Below are positions 28,897 through 38,402 of a stretch of DNA of 64,000 nt, piece after piece; position 1 is the first letter of the stretch, and the number at the start of each line of letters is the position of its first letter. Source of the stretch: a virus. The DNA is taken from IMG/VR virus record IMGVR_UViG_3300037493_006316, positions 22,224 through 86,223 of that record; one strand, 5' to 3'. The position numbers were made by a program, and so were the translations under genes. The notes below the pieces were generated by a model that searched no databases, had not been told where the DNA came from, and worked only from the letters and a program-made list of their open reading frames with translations.

Positions 28897-29852
28897 CGCA
28901 GGCTCCGCGTGCTCATCGCGATCACGCGCATGGGGTTCTTGTAGGCCCGCAGCGCCTTCCAGTCGATAGAGTCGGCGGCCTCTTTGTAGACGGCCTCCAG
29001 CGCGCTGTTGAGGCCGTACATGGCGCTTGCGGTGGTCGAGAACGACTTGCTCAGCCCGTCCACCGACAGCGAGGCTGACGCGATGCCGCCACCCGACGCC
29101 GTGCCGGCAAGGCTCAGCAGGCGCACGCCGGCCGTGAGCCCGATCCAGTCGGCGATGGCGAGCTCAATGCGCCCGGGCATGTCCTTGCCGTCGTACTTGG
29201 CCCAGGGCCCGCAGGTGAAGTCGCAGCGCCAGAACCCCGGGATGGGTCGGTTCTGCGCCAGAACGGCCGGGCCGACGGCGCCGAACGCCACCGACAGGCT
29301 GCGCAGCTCGGTCGGTGTGACCGACACCTCGCCGCGCTGGCCGTCGACGATGTCGATGTGCACCCCGGTCGTCTCGGGGGTCCAGTCGAGCACCACGTTG
29401 CCCCACGCGACCCCGCGGATGCGCTCCACGCTGAGCAGCGAGGGCGGCAGGTCCAGGCGGATGAAGTCGCGGGACGTCGCGGGGTTGAAGGCGATGGGCT
29501 CGCTGCGCAGGTCATAGTCCCGCTGCAGGACGAAGCCGTCCTCGGTCGGCATGCCCTTGTAGCGGCGGATGGCCATGCTGATGCCGAGCTTGATCTCGGC
29601 GTCGGACAGCGCCGACCGCAGGTGCCACGCGATCACGTCGAGGGGGATGCCCTCGACGAGTCGCTTGAGGTCCTCGAGGTCGCGCTCGGTGCCGCCGCAC
29701 CGGCGGATGGCCGCTTTGAGGTCCACGGAGCCGCCGAGAGCGACGCCCCACGCGTACCGCTTTCGCCAGAGGGCCGGATCGATGGCCTCGGCGACCGAGC
29801 AGGTGGTGCCCAGGCAGCGATAGGACGGGGGGTCGTCGGTCCCGATGGTCAC
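28893..29852 (-). CDS. head completion / connector protein
   Basis: GIASASLSVDGLSKSFSTTASAMYG, as in SPO1/Twort-type connectors. Confidence 0.7.
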   Translation of the reverse strand: MTIGTDDPPSYRCLGTTCSVAEAIDPALWRKRYAWGVALGGSVDLKAAIRRCGGTERDLEDLKRLVEGIPLDVIAWHLRSALSDAEIKLGISMAIRRYKGMPTEDGFVLQRDYDLRSEPIAFNPATSRDFIRLDLPPSLLSVERIRGVAWGNVVLDWTPETTGVHIDIVDGQRGEVSVTPTELRSLSVAFGAVGPAVLAQNRPIPGFWRCDFTCGPWAKYDGKDMPGRIELAIADWIGLTAGVRLLSLAGTASGGGIASASLSVDGLSKSFSTTASAMYGLNSALEAVYKEAADSIDWKALRAYKNPMRVIAMSTRSLR

Positions 29853-29859
29853 AGTGTCC

Positions 29860-30351
29860 TCAGAGCCGGCGGAGGTAGACGGTGGTCCGCTGCGTGTTCA
29901 GCGCGCCGCCGCTGCCGCTGGTGCCGCTGATGCGCAGGCGGTCGCCGGCGGCCAGCGTGTGCTTGGTGTCGTCGATGGCCGCGTCGACCTCGGTGCCGAC
30001 CGCGGTCTTCACGTCGGTCGCCGCCGTCTGGATGGTAGCGAAGGTGGTCGGGGTGGCCAGCGCGGCCTTGTGCAGCGCCATGGTGCCGGTGGCGCCGGCA
30101 GCGGTCATTGCAGAGTGGTGGACCTTCACCACCTCACAGGCGAACGGCACCAGGTACGAGGGCCCGGTGGTCGTGGTGCCAGCCGAGGCGTCGGCGCCGT
30201 GCAGCTCGAGCGGGATGATGCCGGCCTGCTCGTCGAACCGGTTCAGGTCGATGCCGATGGTGTTGAGCGCGGCGCGCGCCAGGGCGGCCATCGCCGAGGT
30301 GAAGCGGAGGGTGACGTTGCTGAAGAAGACCGGGGGCACAACGGCGGCCAT
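29860..30351 (-). CDS. probable capsid decoration / virion protein
   Basis: Small beta-rich protein (LAAGDRLRI) downstream of capsid. Confidence 0.5.
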   Translation of the reverse strand: MAAVVPPVFFSNVTLRFTSAMAALARAALNTIGIDLNRFDEQAGIIPLELHGADASAGTTTTGPSYLVPFACEVVKVHHSAMTAAGATGTMALHKAALATPTTFATIQTAATDVKTAVGTEVDAAIDDTKHTLAAGDRLRISGTSGSGGALNTQRTTVYLRRL

Positions 30352-30359
30352 GATGGACC

Positions 30360-31184
30360 TCAGGGGTATAGGTTGTCGAACAGGGACTTCAGCTGCAGCT
30401 TGGCGGTCTCGTCATCGTCCGACAGCGGCGGCAGCTTGTTGCGCTGCAGGGCGGCCTGCACCTTCGCCAGCGACGGGCGGGGGCCTCGGCCGCTCCACAG
30501 GTTCTTGAGGGTGTTGACGGCCTCCTCAGTGGCCTCGTAGCGCATGGCCTCAGGCAGGGTGATGGCCCCGCGCTTGACCGGCGCCGGCGCGGCCTCCTCG
30601 GCGGCCGCCACGATGGCAGCGACCTCCTCGATCACCACGACCGGGTCGGCCGCGGCGGCGGGCTGCACCTTCGGCTGCACGGCGGGCTGCTTGAAGTTGG
30701 GCGGGGGCGCCCAACCCGGCACCTGCCAGGGCCACAGGGTGGCGACCACACCGCCCCAGCCCTCGGGCGCCGGGGCCATGACCATCTGGCCAAGGTTCAG
30801 GCCCGTGGTCGCGCTCACCCCGCCTGCGGGCCCGGGATCGCCGTGGGCGCCCGTGCCGACAAGGTCCTCGGCGAACCAGCCGTTGGCCAGCGCGAGGTCT
30901 GCAGGCGTGGTCGACACGACAGGCCGGGCCGCGGCCGGGCGCGACACCGGGGCATCGACGGCCAGCGGCTTGCGGTCGAACATCTTGTCGTCGACGAGGC
31001 GGTACGACGGATGCCCGGCCGCGCGCTGCTTGACCTCGGCCTCGGCGCCGGCCGGGACCTCCGCGACGAGGCGAGCCATGCCGCGGCGGTCCAGGAGGAG
31101 GGCGAACTCGAGCGCAACCGAGCCCAGCGACGTGCGAAACTCGGTGGACCGGACGCCCGGGGGTTGGATGCGCTCGACGAACAT
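30360..31184 (-). CDS. hypothetical protein
   Basis: TGATG coupling to capsid stop; Pro/Ala linker. Confidence 0.6.
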   Translation of the reverse strand: MFVERIQPPGVRSTEFRTSLGSVALEFALLLDRRGMARLVAEVPAGAEAEVKQRAAGHPSYRLVDDKMFDRKPLAVDAPVSRPAAARPVVSTTPADLALANGWFAEDLVGTGAHGDPGPAGGVSATTGLNLGQMVMAPAPEGWGGVVATLWPWQVPGWAPPPNFKQPAVQPKVQPAAAADPVVVIEEVAAIVAAAEEAAPAPVKRGAITLPEAMRYEATEEAVNTLKNLWSGRGPRPSLAKVQAALQRNKLPPLSDDDETAKLQLKSLFDNLYP

Positions 31185-32716
31185 CAGTAGCTCCGACGGC
31201 CAACGTTGGTGAACACGTAGTTCTTGCGCGGGTCGCGCACCTCGACGCCGTAGACCGACGCGAGGAGCTGCCGGCTGACCACGAAGCCGAGCTTGGCCAG
31301 GTCCATGGTCATGAGCTGCGGGCCCAGGTGGGCCAGCGCGACCGTGTTCATGGGGGCGTCAGCCATCTGCGCGAAGGCGGCGCGGCGCTGCCAGGCGGCG
31401 TCGTAGGCCTCGGCCGAGGGGTTGGCCAGGGCGTTGACGGCCGGGCTGACGATCCGCAGGGCGAACGCGGTGGACAGGCCGGGGCGCACGTAGTTGAGGT
31501 CGTCGAAGGTCACCGACGCGGCGCTCGGCACGCGGACCTCGCCGATCAGCTGCGCGGCGGTCGTGGCGCCATCGCCGCTCGCCGGGGCGCTGCCGCGGTA
31601 GATGCGGAAGCTCTCCACGTTGGAAGCGCCGGGGGTGATGGTCAGGCGCGCGCGCTCGCCCACCGCCACGGCCTGGTGACCCGACGAGGGCACGCGGACG
31701 CCGGCGCCCTCGCGCTCGCCGACGACGGGGGTGACGACCCAGTAGAAGTCGCCGGCGCCGCCCGGGTTGCTGTCGAAGCGCGAGTTCGAGTCGCTCGAGG
31801 CAGCCACGCTCGCGATGGGGACGGTGATGGGCGCGCCGTCCTCGAGCTCGTCGGTGTAGAAGGGCTGCGCGAACGACGGGTCCAGGGTGTTGTCGGTGAG
31901 GAACGCCACCCGGTTGCCGTTGGTCTGGACGCCCGCGACCATCTGGCCCATGAACATGGGCGACAGGCCGGCGGGGATCTCGAGGCGGGCCGCGCCGTCC
32001 AGCGAGCTCTCGAAGTCCGCGCGGGTGAGCGCGTCCATGAAGATGCTGTTGATGCTGCCGAACGCGCGGATACCGCCCGCGACGACGTTGCGGATGTTGA
32101 TCAGCGACAGGGGCAGGCCCCGCATGTCGATGATGTGCGACTGGCCGTCGACACCGGTGCCGGAGGTGCCGTCGGTGCCCTCGCGGATCTGCTGCTGCAG
32201 GCCAGCCACGCGCAAGCCCGCGGTCAGGCTGCGGGTCTTGCTGTCGTCGCTGAAGTAGATGTTGCGGGCCTTCTTCCGCAGCATCAGGTTGAGGGTCGCC
32301 GCCAGTTGGAAGGCCGCCGGGGAGCCGCTCCCCATGACGCTGACCATCTTCTGCAGCTCGGCGAGCTGCGTGGTGCTGCTCTCCTCGCCCTGCAGCTTGA
32401 GGTTCACCGTCTTCTTGTCGGTCGACGGGGTGTTGCGGTTGGCCGACCCGGTCTCGCTGAAGAAGCCGTTGCCCTTGGCGTTGCCGTAGCTGAGCACCCG
32501 CGCGTACTCGTGGACGACCTTGGTCGCCTGGACGCTCGGGATGCACTTCAGCAGGGTGAGCTCGTTGGGGCTGTTCTGGTCCCACTGGGTGTTGAACGCG
32601 ACCTCCTCAAGGCTCTGGGGGACGACGCTGCTGATGCCGTCCGACGTGGTGGCCTTGGCGAGGGCGGTCCAGTCCTGGGTCTCGAGCTGGGCGAGGATCT
32701 GTGCGGCGGTGATCAT
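31184..32716 (-). CDS. major capsid protein (SPO1/Twort-like HK97 fold)
   Basis: QSLE...LLKCIPSVQATKVVHEY...YG...GFFSETG; GLQQQI; HIIDMRGLPLS; GAGGAGG RBS. Confidence 0.85.
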   Translation of the reverse strand: MITAAQILAQLETQDWTALAKATTSDGISSVVPQSLEEVAFNTQWDQNSPNELTLLKCIPSVQATKVVHEYARVLSYGNAKGNGFFSETGSANRNTPSTDKKTVNLKLQGEESSTTQLAELQKMVSVMGSGSPAAFQLAATLNLMLRKKARNIYFSDDSKTRSLTAGLRVAGLQQQIREGTDGTSGTGVDGQSHIIDMRGLPLSLINIRNVVAGGIRAFGSINSIFMDALTRADFESSLDGAARLEIPAGLSPMFMGQMVAGVQTNGNRVAFLTDNTLDPSFAQPFYTDELEDGAPITVPIASVAASSDSNSRFDSNPGGAGDFYWVVTPVVGEREGAGVRVPSSGHQAVAVGERARLTITPGASNVESFRIYRGSAPASGDGATTAAQLIGEVRVPSAASVTFDDLNYVRPGLSTAFALRIVSPAVNALANPSAEAYDAAWQRRAAFAQMADAPMNTVALAHLGPQLMTMDLAKLGFVVSRQLLASVYGVEVRDPRKNYVFTNVGRRSY

Positions 32717-32727
32717 GATGGGCCTCC

Positions 32728-33534
32728 TCAGGCCTTGAGGGACTTGTTGAGGGCCTCGCGGATCGCCGCGTCCGTCGCGGCGTCAGCGGAGAAGACCCCG
32801 TTGAACTTGAACTTGACGGCTGCGTCGGGCGACAACACGCCCTGCTCGACACCCTTGCGCAGGTCTTCGTCGCTGAAGGCAGCGGGCGCAGACTTGCCCT
32901 CGGTGCCCATGCGGGCCGCGGCCGCCGCGGGGGACGACTGCAGCGAGGTGCCGGCCGGGACGCCGGCGGGGCGCGTGGTCATCGACTTGACCAGCGGATC
33001 GACGATGCTCTCGCCGAGCTTGGCCAGCGCGAGGTGGCCCGCGCCGACCAGGGTCTGCAGCGCTGCGTTCTCGGCGCGCACAACCTGAAGCTCGGCACGA
33101 ATGACGGCGATGTCGGCCGCGTTGGTGGCAGAGGCGTCGGTGACGCTCTTGGCGAGAGCTTGCAGGCTGGCCGTGAGGTTGGCCACAAGCTCGGTGGCGT
33201 CGACATAGGCCTGGCCGTCGGCGCCCTTCTCGAGGTCATCGTAGCCGGCCTCGCTGCCGGGTTTCTCCATGTCCTCGTCGGACTTGGCGTCGCCCTCCTC
33301 CTTCTCGACGTCAGGCATCTCCTTGCCCTCGTCGCCCTTGTCGTCGGACTTGGCCTTGTCGTCGGCGTCGTCGCTGTCCTTGTTCTTGGCCATGTCCTCG
33401 GTCTTGTCCTCGGCCTTGCCGAGTTTCAGCAGGCCGAGCATGTCGCCCAGGCCCTGCTTGAGGCCGGCGCCAAGCTCGCGGCCGATGAGGGCGAGGCCGG
33501 AGCGCTCAAGCTCCGTGGGGGTGATGTCAGGCAT
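32728..33534 (-). CDS. capsid scaffolding protein
   Basis: Acidic/Lys low-complexity region plus coiled coil, between protease and capsid; many LxK[AGS] motifs. Confidence 0.65.
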   Translation of the reverse strand: MPDITPTELERSGLALIGRELGAGLKQGLGDMLGLLKLGKAEDKTEDMAKNKDSDDADDKAKSDDKGDEGKEMPDVEKEEGDAKSDEDMEKPGSEAGYDDLEKGADGQAYVDATELVANLTASLQALAKSVTDASATNAADIAVIRAELQVVRAENAALQTLVGAGHLALAKLGESIVDPLVKSMTTRPAGVPAGTSLQSSPAAAAARMGTEGKSAPAAFSDEDLRKGVEQGVLSPDAAVKFKFNGVFSADAATDAAIREALNKSLKA

Positions 33535-34276
33535 GGACGGCTCCGGCCGCGACGATGGCCGCGGCAATCTCAGGGGTGTAGCCCCGCGTTTCAGCCAACA
33601 GCCGGGCCACCTCGGCTCGGCGAAGAGGATCGGCCAGCTCGGCCCGACTCAGCGGCGTGTCAAGCGTCAGCCGGCGAGACAGCGCGAGCGGCTGGGCGGT
33701 CGCCTGGGGGTTCATCGGGATGGAGCACACCGCGGCCTGCGTGATCCGCGCACCGACGATGGTGTTGTTCCGCACCTTCGACTGGCCGTGCGCCGAGAAG
33801 CCGATGCCGCGACCCAGGGCCTCAATGGACTTGGCGAGGCCCCAGTACATGGACGCGCGGCCGAGCTCAGCCTCGGTGGGTCGCAGCGGCGCCGAGGGCT
33901 GCGGGATGGCGCCCCAGATGTCCGCCGGACGCCCCTTGGCGAACTGCTCCCAGGACGCCGGGTCGTCGCCGTCGAAGAGGTGACCCTCGGTCCACAGGCC
34001 GACCTTGCCGTGCTCCCGGGCGAGCGGATGGTCGGGCCCGCAGAACTCCAAGAAGGTCGGCACGCCCACGAACGTAGGCCGGTGCTCGTCGTTCCAGAGG
34101 CCCCAGCCGATGTAGGGCGCGAGGTCGACGGCGTCGACGCTGCCGCTGGCGAGGAAGACCTGCCCCTCGCGGTCGGACACCGGCCGCAGGCTGCCGTCGG
34201 CCATGATCTCGTGCGAGGTCGCCAGCCAACCGCCAAGGGGCCGCGTGGGGGTCCACGAGGCCTTGCGCAGGTCCAT
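33527..34276 (-). CDS. prohead protease (start uncertain)
   Basis: WNDEH, GLWTEGHLF, YWGLAKSI..LGRGIGFSAHG, AAVCSIPMNPQAT parallel the SPO1/Twort protease motifs (NYEH, LGFSIEG, PANP). Confidence 0.8.
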   Translation of the reverse strand: MDLRKASWTPTRPLGGWLATSHEIMADGSLRPVSDREGQVFLASGSVDAVDLAPYIGWGLWNDEHRPTFVGVPTFLEFCGPDHPLAREHGKVGLWTEGHLFDGDDPASWEQFAKGRPADIWGAIPQPSAPLRPTEAELGRASMYWGLAKSIEALGRGIGFSAHGQSKVRNNTIVGARITQAAVCSIPMNPQATAQPLALSRRLTLDTPLSRAELADPLRRAEVARLLAETRGYTPEIAAAIVAAGAVHA

Positions 34277-34305
34277 GAGGGCGGCGGACTTCAAGCGTGG
34301 ACCCC

Positions 34306-34349
34306 AAAACGACGAAGGCCCACCGGCCGCCCGTAGGCGGTCGTGGGCC
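34306..34349 (-). terminator. hairpin with cUACGg tetraloop and U-rich tail
   Basis: ggcccac-ga-ccgcc-tacg-ggcgg-ccg-gtgggcc then ttcgtcgtttt on - strand. Confidence 0.5.
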
Positions 34350-34382
34350 GTTGCTCTCGGTGGAGCGGCTGCTGCTGCCAGA

Positions 34383-34646
34383 CTACGGCGTGCCCGTCGG
34401 CCTGTCAACCCCAACGCGCACCACAAGGCGCCTGCGGGGCGTAGGCGCGGCCGGCGCCGGCGGCATAGTCAGGGCCAGGAAGGGCAGCGGAACGACCTCA
34501 GAGCACCTGTCGCCGGGGCACCGCAGGCTCATGGAGCCGTCGGCCTCCACGCGCAGCATGGCGCCCGCGAAGGTGAGCTGACCCGACCGCACGGCCGAGA
34601 TGGGCGTGCTGCAGCGGGGGCAGCGTAGGCGGAAGGGGTCGTCCAC
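34383..34646 (-). CDS. small zinc-ribbon protein (Com-like)
   Basis: LRCPRCS...LRCPGDRC; GAGG before GTG 34646. Confidence 0.6.
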   Translation of the reverse strand: MDDPFRLRCPRCSTPISAVRSGQLTFAGAMLRVEADGSMSLRCPGDRCSEVVPLPFLALTMPPAPAAPTPRRRLVVRVGVDRPTGTP

Positions 34647-34678
34647 GTGGCCTCGCGGGCGCAGGCTATCGCGAGACG

Positions 34679-35482
34679 TCAGCCGATGTGGCGGATGTCG
34701 GGCCAGATCAGCGCCGCCCGGCGGTAGGTCGCCGGCCACCAGCGTTGCAGCCACTGGAAGTGCAACTCGGCCATGTAGGTGTCGAGCCCGACGACGAACC
34801 ACGAGTGCCGCATGGCCAACGCGTCGGCGCCGATGTCGATGCAGCCGTAGACCGGGTGCAGCGGCACCTTGTTGGCCCACAACATTGCGTGCACGTCCAG
34901 CGCGGTCCACGCCCGCAGAGGCGCGGCGCGCCAGGTGCCGTCGGCGATCTGGTAGAACGCGCCGCGCGACCACAGCAGCATGCGGCGGCGCTTGTTCTCC
35001 TCGGCGCGCAGGCCCCAGAACATCGAACGCCCCGCGCGTGTGCGGTTGGCGGCATCGAACCAGGGCCCGGACAGCGCGCCGCGGCGCTGGTCATCGGTGG
35101 AGCCGTCGAGCGGCCGCGAGGTGTCGATCTGCACCCACGGCAGCTCCAGCGAGCATTCGACCTCGAGCGCAACACGCTGCAGGTAGGTCTCCTCTCCCTC
35201 CCAGCACAGATCGTCGCGCAGCGACAGCAGCGGCACCCGAACGCCGGCCTCTCGCAGGATCAGCGCCAGCGCCGTCGAGTCCTTGCCGCCGGACACGCTG
35301 GCCTGCCAGGCGTCTGCTCGGGTCATGGCTGAGCGGACCACGTCAACGGCCTCGGCGCGGCGCCGGGCGAACTCGCGGCTGTTCGCGTGAAGCATCACCT
35401 GCCGCGCCGGGTAGCGAACGCCCCAGTCGTCGCGGTCGGGCATCGGGCCGTCCCACCAGCCCTCAAGCGCCTCACGCCGCAT
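34679..35482 (-). CDS. cysH: CysH-like / PAPS-reductase-family protein (type IV-B associated)
   Basis: PP-loop SVSGGKDS, WGLRAEENKRR, PLRAWTALDV...VPLHPVY; no C-terminal ECG motif of true sulfate-assimilation CysH. Confidence 0.85.
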   Translation of the reverse strand: MRREALEGWWDGPMPDRDDWGVRYPARQVMLHANSREFARRRAEAVDVVRSAMTRADAWQASVSGGKDSTALALILREAGVRVPLLSLRDDLCWEGEETYLQRVALEVECSLELPWVQIDTSRPLDGSTDDQRRGALSGPWFDAANRTRAGRSMFWGLRAEENKRRRMLLWSRGAFYQIADGTWRAAPLRAWTALDVHAMLWANKVPLHPVYGCIDIGADALAMRHSWFVVGLDTYMAELHFQWLQRWWPATYRRAALIWPDIRHIG

Positions 35483-36218
35483 GCAGCACGCCCCACCCTT
35501 CGCTCCGATGGGCCCCCAGCGCAGTGTGCGGCGGCAGCACGGCGTTGCAGACGAAGTCGCAGACGAAGCCCACGGCGCGCGCGCCTTGGCCGCGGGCTGG
35601 CCGCTCGAAGGACACCGGCACCAGCCGCAGCGTCGACGAGTCGATGACGACGTGGGGCACGATGGACTGCCGCAGCACGCCGAGCTCGCCCAACAGCGTC
35701 ACCACCGCGGCCGACAGGTAGTGCCCAGCCCAGGCCAGCTCGAGCATGTCGTTGCCGCGCGGGCGCCGCTGATCCACGACGCTGCTCGGGAAGATCGGCG
35801 ACCGCAGGCTGTAGCGCCGCCAGGACTTGCCCAGGTACTGCGCGTCGGTCTCGCCGACCTCAAGCTCGCACCCGCGCACCTCGAGGACCTCGCCGGCCGG
35901 CAGGCGCAGAGCGCGCACCCGGCCCAACAGCGCGGCGTTGGTCGCGGCCCGCGGCCCGACGAAGTACAGCTCGGGCACGTCAAACACGCGGTAGTGCACC
36001 TCGGACGGGCGCGCCGACGACTGCGCATCGTCGCCGTGGTTGTGCCACGACACGGACGCGCCGCAGAGGTCCTCGATCTGCTTGACGACCGCGCCGCGCA
36101 GGATGCGCGCCGGTTTGCGCCGCCAGTCGCAGTCGAGCCGCGCCAGCGCCCAAGGGGTGCGGCGCACCCAGGGGTAGCCCTCGACCTCGGCGCCGAGCGG
36201 CGGCAGCTCGGGCGTCAC
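35472..36218 (-). CDS. Cas6-like RAMP protein
   Basis: C-terminal Gly loop LGAHRSEGWG (GxxxxxGxG), YSLRSPI, GFVCDFVCNAVLP; N-terminal ILRGAV, WHNH, VHYR; GTGA coupling to csf3. Confidence 0.65.
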   Translation of the reverse strand: MTPELPPLGAEVEGYPWVRRTPWALARLDCDWRRKPARILRGAVVKQIEDLCGASVSWHNHGDDAQSSARPSEVHYRVFDVPELYFVGPRAATNAALLGRVRALRLPAGEVLEVRGCELEVGETDAQYLGKSWRRYSLRSPIFPSSVVDQRRPRGNDMLELAWAGHYLSAAVVTLLGELGVLRQSIVPHVVIDSSTLRLVPVSFERPARGQGARAVGFVCDFVCNAVLPPHTALGAHRSEGWGVLHAA

Positions 36219-36877
36219 CGCGACACCGTCTGCCAGCACGCCACCGCGCGCCCCACCTGGTGGTAGGGCGGCCGGGTTGGCACGAAGGTTTGCCGCACGC
36301 GCCCACGGGGCAACTCCGCCACCGCGTCGACCGGCAGGTGCCGCAGGCGCACCTCAGCGGCGTAGGCCGCAAGCTCAGGCCCGCCCGGGTCGTCGATGAC
36401 CTCCCAGCGGCGCACCCAGCCCCACCCGTGCGTGCGGCGGGCTCCGATGCCGTCGATGTAGCTGAGCGCCGTCGCAATGGCCTCGGGATCACCGATGCAC
36501 GTCCACGACACCTCGTTCATCTCCACCCGCGAGTAGAGCGGCACCCGGAGGCTCTTGTCCGGGCCGGCGCCGCTGTCGATGTTGCGCACGCCGTCGAGCA
36601 GCTCGGCGATGTGCCCCGCGTGCCGGCGGTGCGCGTAGCTGAGCGCCTCCATGCCGTGGAGCACCGCCTGCGACGCGGCCCACCACCAATCGCCCCCGGC
36701 CTCGACCCGGGCGAGCGGCAGGGGCAGCGCGTCGGCCTCGTCGAGGTCCATGATGCCGCCCGGCAAGTTGTGGCAGGCCACCTGCGCCACGCCGGCGAGA
36801 AGCAGCCCGTCGAGCATCGGCGGCACCTTGAGCAGCGCGGGCTGCGCAAGGTGCGCGGTGACCCTGAGCTTTCTCAC
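36215..36877 (-). CDS. csf3: type IV CRISPR effector Cas5 (Csf3)
   Basis: LRVTAHL, MLDGLL, LPLPLAR, WWWAASQ, GPDKSLRVPL, WTCIGD, IGARRTHGWGWV, PTRPPYH; AAGGAG RBS. Confidence 0.85.
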   Translation of the reverse strand: MRKLRVTAHLAQPALLKVPPMLDGLLLAGVAQVACHNLPGGIMDLDEADALPLPLARVEAGGDWWWAASQAVLHGMEALSYAHRRHAGHIAELLDGVRNIDSGAGPDKSLRVPLYSRVEMNEVSWTCIGDPEAIATALSYIDGIGARRTHGWGWVRRWEVIDDPGGPELAAYAAEVRLRHLPVDAVAELPRGRVRQTFVPTRPPYHQVGRAVACWQTVSR

Positions 36878-37899
36878 AGGTTCAGCTCCTTGCGGATCTG
36901 CTCCGCGTTGGCCCGCACGTGCTCCGCGTAGGCCGTGGCAAAGGCCTCGGCCGACGGGTCGATGCTCTCGGCGTGCTCGAGGGCCTCGGCGGACGCGACC
37001 GTGACCGGCACCGGGCCGCCCACGCCCCGGGTGCGGCTGGCGACGGCGATCCGCACCGCGCACTGACCGTGCCCCTTCGAGGACGCCCCGCCCAGGTGCG
37101 CCCCGCTCGAGATCCAGCGTGTCAGCGCGAGCATCAGGCAGGCGGCTTCGTTGTCGGTGGCGTCGGTGAGCCGGATGGTGCACACCATCGGCGTTCCGGG
37201 CGCGATGGCTTGGAACGCGTGGGGCATGCTCTCGTTGGCCTCGCGGCGCTCATCCTTGCCAGCCGCCTTGCCCTTCCGGGCCGCGGCCGCGTCCTCGATC
37301 TGCCGGAGCTCGGCCGGGGGCAGCAGCGCCGCGGCGTGCGAGGTCTTCAGGTCGTGCCGGTAGTAGGTGATCGGCGTGGGGCTCTCGATCAGGTGGTGCG
37401 GCAGAGGCGGCTGGCCACCGAACAGCAGAGGCTTGAGCCCGGCGGCGCCGACGTCGATCAGGCCGCTGCCCACCGTCAGGTCGGTGTAGGGCATGACCGT
37501 CGAGACCTGCACACGGCCGCGCATGATCATCGCGCCATCCATCGCGCCAAAGACGCTGAGCACGGGCAGCAGGTCGCGCATGCGCCGGGCCTCGTCGAGG
37601 TTGGCCACGCGGTCGCTGCCCTCCATTTTGCCGCCCTTGAACAGCAGGCGCAGGCCGTCGCGGTTGACCTCGGAGATGCCTGCGAGCTGCAAGAACAGCA
37701 GGCCCGCGTGCTCGCGCAGGGTGGCCTTCATCGCGGCGCCGGACACGCAGGCGACGTCCTCCTGGCCCCAGCGGCCGTCGCGACAGACGTTGAGCGTTCG
37801 GCGGTGCAGCTCTTGCTCGTTGCCGTTGTTGCCGGCCCCATGGGTCAGGGCCGTGCGGGGCGTGATCTCGAGCACGAAGGTGTAGCTGTGGCGGGTCAT
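36874..37899 (-). CDS. csf2: type IV CRISPR effector Cas7 (Csf2)
   Basis: TALTHG, VSGAAMKATLR, LLFKGG, LPVLSVFGA, MRGRVQV, YYRHD, MPHAFQAIAPGT, HLGGASSKGHG; AAGGAG RBS, ATGA coupling. Confidence 0.88.
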   Translation of the reverse strand: MTRHSYTFVLEITPRTALTHGAGNNGNEQELHRRTLNVCRDGRWGQEDVACVSGAAMKATLREHAGLLFLQLAGISEVNRDGLRLLFKGGKMEGSDRVANLDEARRMRDLLPVLSVFGAMDGAMIMRGRVQVSTVMPYTDLTVGSGLIDVGAAGLKPLLFGGQPPLPHHLIESPTPITYYRHDLKTSHAAALLPPAELRQIEDAAAARKGKAAGKDERREANESMPHAFQAIAPGTPMVCTIRLTDATDNEAACLMLALTRWISSGAHLGGASSKGHGQCAVRIAVASRTRGVGGPVPVTVASAEALEHAESIDPSAEAFATAYAEHVRANAEQIRKELNL

Positions 37900-38402
37900 T
37901 CGGTCTCCTTGGCGTAGGCGCGGACCTGCCGCAGCCAGTCGATGAGCAAGCCGGTGGCCTGGATGACCTGCTCCATGCCCTCCCGGCTGCGGAGGGTGGT
38001 CCAGGTGTCGAGGCCGAGCTCCTGCCCGGCGCCGGCGGTGCCGCAGGCCCTGCGCCACCACAGAGCGCTCTCTGCGTGCAGCGCGTCGCCGCGGCAGCCC
38101 AGGCCTTGCAGGACGTTCAGGCCCCAGGCCTCGAGGCTGTGCGAGCGCGAGCGCGCGCCGCGCATGCGGGCGCCCAGCCGCTCCTGCGCCTCGAAGCCCT
38201 TGAGGCTCTTGAGGTTGCCGGTCGTGTAGCCGGCCCGCCAGGCGAGCACCCCGAAGTAGGCCGGAGCGATGACCTCAGCCGAAAAGGCTGAGCTGTCGTC
38301 GAGCAGGCCCGTCGGCACGAGGGCGCGCAGCAGGTGCGTCGCTCTCTCGGGCTCGCTCAGGGGCTTGAGGTACTCCAGCGCCGGGGTCGGCAGCTCGATC
38401 AT
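37896..38402 (-). CDS. small alpha-helical subunit, Cas11/Csf4-like by position
   Basis: 168 aa helical protein between csf1 and csf2; AGGAG RBS before ATG 38402. Confidence 0.6.
   Translation of the reverse strand: MIELPTPALEYLKPLSEPERATHLLRALVPTGLLDDSSAFSAEVIAPAYFGVLAWRAGYTTGNLKSLKGFEAQERLGARMRGARSRSHSLEAWGLNVLQGLGCRGDALHAESALWWRRACGTAGAGQELGLDTWTTLRSREGMEQVIQATGLLIDWLRQVRAYAKETE

Noticed and set aside
34679-35482. Auxiliary metabolic sulfate-assimilation cysH
   Set aside because: No C-terminal ECG(L/I)H or Fe-S cysteine pairs; sits in a csf operon
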